DNA from: Vicinamibacterales bacterium
Lineage (GTDB): Bacteria; Acidobacteriota; Vicinamibacteria; Vicinamibacterales; UBA2999
Assembly (NCBI GenBank): GCA_041659285.1
Contig: JBAZYO010000002.1
Location: forward strand, 105,284-169,283
Reading direction: 5' to 3'
DNA length: 64,000 bases
Under the pieces are notes generated by a model. It searched no databases and was not told the origin of the DNA. It saw nothing but the letters and a program-made list of their open reading frames with translations. Position numbers and translations under genes: made by a program. Positions 20,185 through 27,363 of the stretch are shown here, piece after piece. Positions within the stretch are counted from its first letter, which is position 1. Every line of letters starts with the position of its first letter.

Positions 20185-20900
20185 CTCGCCTTGGTCTCCG
20201 ACTCGGGCTGGCGTTCGTCACGCAGTGCGTCCGCCGCCGCGATGAACGCGGACAAGGGCACCGGCGCCGCGGCGGCGCCGCCGGCGGCGGCATACAACCG
20301 TCGCATGGCTTCGAGGTCCTCAGCGGTATCCACGGTCAGCCGCACCTCGGGCCGCCGCAGGGCCCCGGGCGCCAGCGCGTCAAGAGCCACGAACCGGCGG
20401 TCGCGCCGGATCAGCGGAGTCACGTGCTCGCGATCGTATGGCTCGGTCGCCAGCAGGTCGGCATAGCGCAAGGCCGCACACGACACGGCCTCGACGCCCG
20501 CGCCGTATGGGAGCCCGTGTTCCAGCACATAGCCGGCCCCGGTGCGCCGCAGCAGTTCGAGCATGCGCCGCGGCGCGTCCATGTCGACGGCCGGGTTGTC
20601 GGCGGTGGCGCGGATGCACTCGACGAGATCGAGCGTGGTGGCCGCCAGCACGTAACGGCCCAGCACGTCGTCGGCGGGCCCTCGCACGACCGGAACGTCG
20701 AGACGACCGGCCTCGGCAACCAGGACATCGTCTTCGGGTTGGGCCGTCGTCACCAGCACGACCGGCAGCCCGGAGCGGGCCCGCAACCGTTCGACGCAGT
20801 GCGCAAACAGCGACCGGCCTTCAATTGGGGCCAGTGACTTGCCGGGCAGGCGCGTCGAGCCCATGCGTGACTGCAGGAGAATGGCGGCACGCCCGCTCAT
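20181..20900 (-). CDS. SpsF-type cytidylyltransferase-like protein (CTP_transf_3)
   Basis: The motif AAILLQSRMGSTRLPGKSL is typical of this family. ATGA overlaps occur at both ends. I rejected the longer start at 20993 because that N-terminus is Arg-rich junk overlapping the upstream gene. Confidence 0.75.
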   Translation of the reverse strand: MSGRAAILLQSRMGSTRLPGKSLAPIEGRSLFAHCVERLRARSGLPVVLVTTAQPEDDVLVAEAGRLDVPVVRGPADDVLGRYVLAATTLDLVECIRATADNPAVDMDAPRRMLELLRRTGAGYVLEHGLPYGAGVEAVSCAALRYADLLATEPYDREHVTPLIRRDRRFVALDALAPGALRRPEVRLTVDTAEDLEAMRRLYAAAGGAAAAPVPLSAFIAAADALRDERQPESETKAR

Positions 20901-21907
20901 GCGACCGCTCCGATGGCGACTTCGGGTTGATGCATTGACAGCCTGACCTGTGAGTCTTCGAGAAACACGGATGCCTCGTAACTGGTGATCCACAACCGAT
21001 CGCGAAACTGGCCGATGGCGGGCGGCACGGCACGGCCCGCGGCCAGATCGACCAGCATCCGCGGAAAATCCGCCCCCGCCTCAATCGTGAGGGGAATACC
21101 GCCAGAGAAGCGCGGGTTGATTTCAAACACGACGGGCCGTCCGCCGACGACCCGGCACTGGATGTTGATGGCGCCGGCGAACGGGATGGCCTTCGCGCAT
21201 GCCTCGGCCAACTGAATGAGCGAGGGATCGTTCACGGTGCAGCCCCGATCGATGACGCCGGCGCGAATGTGGTCGCGGCGCCGCGGCACGATTGACAGGG
21301 GACGGCCCGTGAAGTCGCACAGCATGTCGATGGTGAACTCGGCACCTTCGAGGTAGCCCTGGACGACCGGATTGGCCACGTAATCGAGAAAGAACGCAAG
21401 CTCACGGGCATTGCGGACGACGTGGGCGCCTACACCGCCGCGGCCGTGCCTCGGCTTGATGAACAACGGATACCGCGGCGCGGCCGGCAGTTCGTGCGGC
21501 AGCCACGATTGGGCCGCGGCGATGCCGCGGGCGGCCAGCGCCACGCAGGTCGCGTGCTTGTCGTCGCAGAGCACCGAGGTCTCCGGGGCCGACACCGCGA
21601 CCCACACCCCGTGGTTGGCGAAACGCGCGCGGGCCTGCCCGAACAGGGGTAATTCGTCGTCAATGGTCGGCACGACGAGCGACACTCCCTCGGCGACCGC
21701 GATCTCGAGTACCGCGTCCACGTAGCCGGGCTCACTGGCCAACGGCACCCGGAACGCCCGGTCGGCCGCGTACACCGCAGGTGACAGCGCATTGACGTCC
21801 GTCACCACGACCCTGCCGCCAAGCCCGGTGTCAAGCAGCGCCCGCTGAAAGGCCTGGACCAGCGGAACCCGCCGCGAGGCGGCGGTCACGAGCACGTTAT
21901 GCGACAC
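20897..21907 (-). CDS. ATP-grasp domain enzyme (CPSase-like ligase)
   Basis: NVLVTAASRRVPLVQAF...PLFIKPRHGRGGVG...VFEINPRFSGG fits the ATP-grasp pattern. I chose the GTG at 21907 because the longer ATG at 21973 would overlap the upstream gene by 77 nt. Confidence 0.7.
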   Translation of the reverse strand: MSHNVLVTAASRRVPLVQAFQRALLDTGLGGRVVVTDVNALSPAVYAADRAFRVPLASEPGYVDAVLEIAVAEGVSLVVPTIDDELPLFGQARARFANHGVWVAVSAPETSVLCDDKHATCVALAARGIAAAQSWLPHELPAAPRYPLFIKPRHGRGGVGAHVVRNARELAFFLDYVANPVVQGYLEGAEFTIDMLCDFTGRPLSIVPRRRDHIRAGVIDRGCTVNDPSLIQLAEACAKAIPFAGAINIQCRVVGGRPVVFEINPRFSGGIPLTIEAGADFPRMLVDLAAGRAVPPAIGQFRDRLWITSYEASVFLEDSQVRLSMHQPEVAIGAVA

Positions 21908-22973
21908 GGCTGGCCTCGCGTGACGATCCCGCCAGGTCGAGGTCGAACAGCGGCAAGCCCGCCTCGACGTCATGCGCCAACCGGCAGCCGATCACGGCGC
22001 CCTGACGTTCCACCGGAACGCCGGTGGCGGGCCGCAACGCGACCAGGTCGCCGGGCGCGAGGACGTGGCCCGCCGGCAACCGGCGAGCCGCATACAGTCC
22101 GCGGCGGCTGGCCGCCTTGTTCGGCGTCTCCGCCGGGACGCACGTCTTGTGGCCGGAGCCGAGCGCGGCCTGGGCCTGCGCCGCGGTCCGCACGGCCGCG
22201 GCCAGCTCCGCCGGCGTGCTGGACACGTCGGCGTCGATCGAGCCGTCGCCGCGTTCGAGGATGAGATGCCGTTCGTAGATCGACGCGCCGAGCGCGACGG
22301 CCAGCGGCAGCCCGGCGGTGTCGGCGCTATGATCCGAGAGGCCCACCGGGACGCCGAATTCGTCCGCCAGGGAGGCGATGACGCGGAGGTTCTCACTGCC
22401 CGCGGGCACGGGATACGCGGAGACGCAGTGCAATAGGGCCACCTGATCGGCCCCCGCGGCCTGCGCCCAGCCCAGCGCTCGCCGGACCTCGCTCAGGGCC
22501 GACATGCCGGTCGAAATCACCAGGGGGCGTCGCGTCCGGGCGCACCGAACGATCAGTTCGGCCCACGTCACGTCGCCGCTGGCAATCTTGAACCCGTCGA
22601 CGCCCAGACCGTCGAGCAGGTCGACGGCCGCTTCGGACAGCGGCGTCGCGAGGACCGCCAGGCGGTGTTCGCGCGCGCGCGCGATGATGCGACGGTGGGC
22701 CGCTTCGTCCAGTTCGAACCGCGCGAAGAATTCGCGCATCGACGTCGCCGTCACGTGCGACGGCGCGGGCGCATTCGGCGCGACCAGCGCGGTGGCCTCG
22801 AGGGTCTGCAACTTGATCGCCGAGGCGCCGGCCGCCGCGGCCGCATCGACCAGCGCCAGCGCGCGGTCGAGCGAGCCGCCGTGATTCAAGCCGATCTCGG
22901 CGATGACAAACACCGGCTCCGAGCTGGCGATCAGGCGACCGCCGACCTCACACTCCGCCCGATCAAAGGCCAT
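21897..22973 (-). CDS. pseI: N-acetylneuraminate/pseudaminate synthase family (NeuB/PseI/SpsE) with C-terminal SAF domain
   Basis: The motif is VFVIAEIGLNHGGSLDRALALVDAAAAAGASAIKLQT, followed by a C-terminal SAF-like region (LPAGHVLAPGDL). Alternative starts lie at 22985 and 23012. Confidence 0.85.
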   Translation of the reverse strand: MAFDRAECEVGGRLIASSEPVFVIAEIGLNHGGSLDRALALVDAAAAAGASAIKLQTLEATALVAPNAPAPSHVTATSMREFFARFELDEAAHRRIIARAREHRLAVLATPLSEAAVDLLDGLGVDGFKIASGDVTWAELIVRCARTRRPLVISTGMSALSEVRRALGWAQAAGADQVALLHCVSAYPVPAGSENLRVIASLADEFGVPVGLSDHSADTAGLPLAVALGASIYERHLILERGDGSIDADVSSTPAELAAAVRTAAQAQAALGSGHKTCVPAETPNKAASRRGLYAARRLPAGHVLAPGDLVALRPATGVPVERQGAVIGCRLAHDVEAGLPLFDLDLAGSSREASRVA

Positions 22974-23664
22974 GAACTCCCCCATGCCTTTCCATGAGCC
23001 GTTCCGCGACATGTGGCACCTCGGTCAATGAGCGCACGGTCGCATCGGCGGCGTGCGTTGGTTGAATGAACGGCAGCCGGTAGGTGGCCACCTGAATGGT
23101 TCGCATGCCCGCGCGCGACGCGCCGAGCATGTCGGCGACGGGATCGTCACCGACGAAGACCGATCGGCCGGCGGGCACGCCGAGACGCGCCGCGGCCTCG
23201 AGAAAGGGCCCGGCATCGGGCTTGCCCGCGCGCGTGCCCACCGCGTGGGCATAGACGATGGTGTCGACCAGCGGTGACAGTCCGAGAGCGGCGACCTTGC
23301 GCGCTTGCATCTCGGGAAGGCCGTTGGTCACGACCGCCAGCCGCCAGCGTGCGCGCAGGCCGACCAGTGTGTCGAAGGACGCGCGCGGCAGCCGCAGGCG
23401 CGGCCGATGCGCGCGAATCATGTCGACCAGTGAGGGCACCAGCGAGAGCGGCAGCGCAAACCTGGAGAGGCAGCGCTGCAGTTCACGCCCCCGCTCCCCG
23501 TTCCGAGAGGCGTGGAGCAAGGCGGCGCGCGAGGCACGCCGCGGCACGCCCCAGGTCCGATCGAGATAGCGGGACACGGCGTCGAACCCGCTCTCGACGA
23601 AGCCGTCGAGGGGGTACAGCGTGTCATCCAGGTCGAAGATCACAGCGCGTGTCTCAGGCCCCAA
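22963..23664 (-). CDS. HAD-superfamily hydrolase
   Basis: HAD motif I is AVIFDLDDTLY and the C-terminal motif is VFVGDDPVADMLGA. Confidence 0.75.
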   Translation of the reverse strand: MGPETRAVIFDLDDTLYPLDGFVESGFDAVSRYLDRTWGVPRRASRAALLHASRNGERGRELQRCLSRFALPLSLVPSLVDMIRAHRPRLRLPRASFDTLVGLRARWRLAVVTNGLPEMQARKVAALGLSPLVDTIVYAHAVGTRAGKPDAGPFLEAAARLGVPAGRSVFVGDDPVADMLGASRAGMRTIQVATYRLPFIQPTHAADATVRSLTEVPHVAERLMERHGGVHGL

Positions 23665-24670
23665 GCGGTGGCCTCCCTTCGACCAGTGGCGCGTCGAGCC
23701 ACGGCCGCAGGCGGCCGGCCACCCGAAAGACGCCGCAGCCGTCGACCAGTCGCATCGCCGCCCGCGCCTGACGCCGGGCGGTGGCGGGAGCCATCAAGTC
23801 TTGCACCGCCGAAGCGACACGCGCGGCGGTGGTCTGGTCACAGGACGGACCGCCGCCGTCCACGACCGCGCCGTGGCGGGCCATCGCGCGGATCGCCGGC
23901 CGCTGAGCGGCGGTGACGGCGAGGGCCACCGTCGGCACGCCAAGCGCGCACGCCTCGTAGAGCGTGATCCCGCCGGCCACCACGGCCACCGCCGCCCCGG
24001 ACAACTCCGCCACCAGCCCACCGGGCGCCGTGACCCACGATGCCCCGGCCAGCGCCGGCGCCTGACGCCGCCGAGAGAATCCGCGTGCCACGCGGATGTC
24101 GGCGCCGGGTATGCGATCCGCGATCGCATCCACCAGGCACGCGGCCATGGCGTAAACATGCGCGCCGCCACCGAGCGCAATCAACACGCGGCCGGCCCGC
24201 GCCGACCGGCCAGCCTGTCGCGCCTCGTTCACGGCCGGGTCGAGGATGGCGTAACGCGGACCTCGCAGCACGTCGGCGCCACGCGCCGGCCGCGCCGTGA
24301 CGCTCCCGTCGATCGACAGATCGGACTCTGAGTCGCGGCCCTCGAGGTCCCGAATCGTCGCCACGGGCACACGGAGGCGGCGCGCCCGACGGACCCAGCG
24401 CGTTTCTTCGACGGGCGAGGGATCGTCCACGACGATCAGTGACGGTCTCCCTGTCGACACGCCCTCGTCACGCCCACCGCCGAGCACGCGCCAGCCAAGC
24501 GACGCGGCAATAGCGCGGGTCTGGCCCGAGCCCCGCAGCGAGACCACGGCGGGCACTCCCAGAGCGCTGGCCAGCGATCGGCAGCGCACCAGGTGGCCGA
24601 ACCCAAGACGAGGTCCGGCCGCGACGCGAAACACGACCGTGGCCGGCGCGGCGCTGTCGATGACCGTCAT
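23654..24670 (-). CDS. pseG: PseG/SpsG-like UDP-sugar hydrolase (GT28 C-terminal type)
   Basis: The N-terminus VVFRVAAGPRLGFGHLVRCRSLASAL matches the PseG signature (G-GH-xRC). An ATGA overlap links it to the aminotransferase. Confidence 0.7.
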   Translation of the reverse strand: MTVIDSAAPATVVFRVAAGPRLGFGHLVRCRSLASALGVPAVVSLRGSGQTRAIAASLGWRVLGGGRDEGVSTGRPSLIVVDDPSPVEETRWVRRARRLRVPVATIRDLEGRDSESDLSIDGSVTARPARGADVLRGPRYAILDPAVNEARQAGRSARAGRVLIALGGGAHVYAMAACLVDAIADRIPGADIRVARGFSRRRQAPALAGASWVTAPGGLVAELSGAAVAVVAGGITLYEACALGVPTVALAVTAAQRPAIRAMARHGAVVDGGGPSCDQTTAARVASAVQDLMAPATARRQARAAMRLVDGCGVFRVAGRLRPWLDAPLVEGRPPLGA

Positions 24671-25839
24671 GCCCGTCCCAGCATGAGGCGGCGCAGGACC
24701 TCAATCACGCGGCCGGCGTCGGCGTGGCTCATGCCTCCGGACAGCGGCAGCGACAACACACGATCCGAGACCAATTCGGCATGCGGGAACATTCCGCGCG
24801 TCAACCCAAACCGTTGCGCGTAGTAAGGGTGCAGGTGCAGCGCGCGGAAGTGGACACTCGTCGCGATGCCCTCTTTGGCCATGGCCGCCGCGAGCGCGTC
24901 GCGGGTCCAGCCGGACTCGGGCGCGACGAGCACCGTATAGAGATGGCGCGCATGGCGATCGCCCTTGGCCACCGGGGCCGGCCGCGTGAGGGGCAGCCCG
25001 GCGAGCGCCTCGTCGTACATGCGCCAGATGGCCTCGCGTCGCACGAGGTGCGGACCCAGGCGCGCCAGCTGGTGCAGGCCGATCGCCGCCTGCAGGTCCA
25101 TCATGTTGTACTTGTAGCCGGGCATCACCACGTCGTAGTGGGGCGACCCGTTCGGCCCGTAGCGCGCCCACGCATCGCGGCTCATGCCGTGCAGGGCCGC
25201 GACGCGGGCGTACTCCGCGCCCTCGCGGGAGGAGGTCGTCAACATCCCGCCTTCGCCGGTCGTCAGGTTCTTGGTCGCGTAGAAGCTGAAGCACGAAAAA
25301 TCGCCGGTCGTGCCGATCTTGCGGCCTGCCGCGACCGCCTCGACGGCGTGCGCGGCGTCTTCGATCAGGATCAGGCCGGCGCGCGCCGCCACCGCCCGCA
25401 TGCCGGCGACATCCACCGGACGCCCGGCGTAGTGCACGGGAATGATGGCGCGCGACCGCGGCGTCACCGCGGCGGCGGCGGCAGCCGGTGACAGGTTCCA
25501 GGTGACCGGGTCGATGTCGGCAAACACCGGCGTCGCGCCGGTGTGCACCACGACGTTGGCGGTCGCGCAGAAGGTCAACGGCGTGGTGATGACCTCGTCG
25601 CCGGGACCGATTTCCGACGCCAGCAGCGCCAGGTGCAGGGCCGCCGTGCACGAGTTGACGGCGACCGCGTGCTCGACGCCAATGTACTCGGCAAACGCCC
25701 GCTCGAACTCGCGCACGCGGGGCCCCGTCGAGAGCCACCCCGAACGCATGGTGGCCACGACCTCGTCGATCTCCAGATGACCGATCGAGGGCGGGGCGAA
25801 GTTCACGACGCCGTCGGCCACCGTGGTGCTGACGGCCAT
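24667..25839 (-). CDS. pseC: DegT/DnrJ/EryC1/StrS-family sugar aminotransferase (PseC/SpsC-like)
   Basis: The motifs are EIDEVVATMRSGWLSTGPRVREFE and FSFYATKNLTTGEGG (PLP Lys). The ATG at 25839 overlaps the upstream stop (TGATG). An alternative ATG lies at 25869. The 100 aa N-terminal extension in the ORF track is Arg-rich junk. Confidence 0.85.
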   Translation of the reverse strand: MAVSTTVADGVVNFAPPSIGHLEIDEVVATMRSGWLSTGPRVREFERAFAEYIGVEHAVAVNSCTAALHLALLASEIGPGDEVITTPLTFCATANVVVHTGATPVFADIDPVTWNLSPAAAAAAVTPRSRAIIPVHYAGRPVDVAGMRAVAARAGLILIEDAAHAVEAVAAGRKIGTTGDFSCFSFYATKNLTTGEGGMLTTSSREGAEYARVAALHGMSRDAWARYGPNGSPHYDVVMPGYKYNMMDLQAAIGLHQLARLGPHLVRREAIWRMYDEALAGLPLTRPAPVAKGDRHARHLYTVLVAPESGWTRDALAAAMAKEGIATSVHFRALHLHPYYAQRFGLTRGMFPHAELVSDRVLSLPLSGGMSHADAGRVIEVLRRLMLGRA

Positions 25840-26360
25840 CAATTCACCCACATCCGGGTCGGCAGCCATTCCCGGGGCGGCCGCGGCGCCGACCGGGTGC
25901 GGGGGCCATCGCCCAGAAGGGCTGAGGTCAAGTGGATCCGGGTCCGGGCGCCCTCGACGCCTTCCACCTCGAGGAACGGCGCGCGCCACCCGAGCGCGCA
26001 CGGTGGCCCGATCGCCACTTCCTGCTGGGGATTCACGTCGCCCACGAACACACCATCCAGTTCGAGGATCTGAATGCGCTGGTTCCCGTAGTCCGCGACG
26101 GCCAGCCAAAGCGCGTCGGGGCCGGACGCGGGCAGCCACTCACCACTGAATTCAGGCCGCACGAAGGCCAGGTCCAGTGGCGTGTTGAACTGTCCCGGGC
26201 CCCGGCCCCGTTCGCCGAACACGTGCAACAGCCGCTCGAACTCATCCGAGATCGTCACCCGGTGTCGAAGGGGATCGCAGCGATAGGTGAGGCGGCGGCC
26301 GTGTCCGCCCAGGCTCACCTTGGCGACGCCGGTCACGAGATGCTCGATATGAGTCGTCAT
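25839..26360 (-). CDS. small protein with one clear NHL-type repeat
   Basis: The start MTTHIEH (ATG 26360) forms an ATGA overlap with the upstream gene. GERGRGPGQFNTPLDLAF...LAVADYGNQRIQILELDGVFV matches the NHL repeat consensus. Confidence 0.45.
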   Translation of the reverse strand: MTTHIEHLVTGVAKVSLGGHGRRLTYRCDPLRHRVTISDEFERLLHVFGERGRGPGQFNTPLDLAFVRPEFSGEWLPASGPDALWLAVADYGNQRIQILELDGVFVGDVNPQQEVAIGPPCALGWRAPFLEVEGVEGARTRIHLTSALLGDGPRTRSAPRPPREWLPTRMWVN

Positions 26361-26971
26361 GCCGCGCACCGGTCGTGCAGCGCGTCGAACACCGCGCCCC
26401 ACTCGAGCAGCGCCGGCGCCAGGTCGAATTCCAGCGCATCGGCCACTGCCACCCAGTCTTGCCCGTGCTGCCCCTGCGCCATGACATCGAGCACGACACC
26501 GACGGCGCCGAGCACGTCGGCGGCACTGCCGCGGCCGCACGGCAGGTAATCCAGTTCGGTCCCGGCGGCCGTTGCCGAGGCCGCGGTCAGCATGGTGAGC
26601 GTGCGGATGGCCTCGACCAGCGACGTCAGTTGCCCGTGGGCGTCCTGGAGGTCATGGCCGCGAAACGCCTGCCCGACCCGGCAGGACGCGGCCGCCAGCA
26701 CCGGGAGGCTCTGCCCCGCGGTGCCCAGCGTGCCGCGCAGCACGCGGGCGCGATCGAGCATGTCGATGTCGATCGTGCGGATGCCGGCCAACGGCTGGGA
26801 GATCACGTCGGGCGCGCGAAATGACGGCTGGTCGACACCATCGAACCGGACCGCCGTCACCGCCTGCCGGCGCCCGGCGCACTCCTGATCCAACCCGTTC
26901 AGCAGGTCTCCCCACGTTTTCTGGCCGGAATCGAGCGGTCTGGGCGAGTCGTTGACCAGGCACTCCACCAT
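26357..26971 (-). CDS. hypothetical protein (first gene of the sugar/motAB chain)
   Basis: The ATG at 26971 lies 8 nt after AGGAGAG. I recognised no family. Confidence 0.45.
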   Translation of the reverse strand: MVECLVNDSPRPLDSGQKTWGDLLNGLDQECAGRRQAVTAVRFDGVDQPSFRAPDVISQPLAGIRTIDIDMLDRARVLRGTLGTAGQSLPVLAAASCRVGQAFRGHDLQDAHGQLTSLVEAIRTLTMLTAASATAAGTELDYLPCGRGSAADVLGAVGVVLDVMAQGQHGQDWVAVADALEFDLAPALLEWGAVFDALHDRCAA

Positions 26972-27082
26972 TTGCATCTCTCCTCTTGCCGTCCCGCAGA
27001 GCGAGAAGCTTGCCAACCGATCGCGTTTCGCGCCGGCCGCATCCGGACGCCTCGCCCACGCACCAACGCACCGCCGCAGTCG

Positions 27083-27109
27083 TCAAGCAAACGCGCTGGT
27101 CGCCGATTG
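27083..27109 (+). promoter_or_regulatory. candidate sigma-28 (FliA) promoter for the che operon
   Basis: TCAAG-N14-GCCGATTG has the same geometry as the fliC and flgM candidates. It lies about 255 nt upstream of the cheA ATG. Confidence 0.5.
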
Positions 27110-27363
27110 AACTCAAGCAGTCGCTTTGGATGGGATCGCGCCTCCTTGATATGTCAGTGGCGCCGTTAGGCGGCCAAATTGTCGGGCAGGCGACACCGGG
27201 CCGCCGGACCAACGACACCCGCCGCGTTGGCTGTCACGCGCAAATCGCGAAATAGGCGGTCTTTCTTGCGGCGGGACATCTCATCAGGCGAGATGGCACG
27301 GTCTTGCATCCGCTGGGACGCGGGTCGACCGGAATCGATTCGGAAGGGTATTGGAAAACAGGC

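Noticed and set aside
25840-26139. The 100 aa N-terminal extension of the DegT aminotransferase ORF in the track.
   Set aside because: The extension is Arg/Pro/Gly junk that overlaps the NHL-like gene out of frame. Internal ATGs at 25839 and 25869 give a normal DegT N-terminus.
27151-27255. A 34-codon upstream ORF in the cheA leader (MSVAPLGGQIVGQATPGRR...).
   Set aside because: It has no Shine-Dalgarno sequence and no sign of conservation that I can assess. It is probably a chance ORF.
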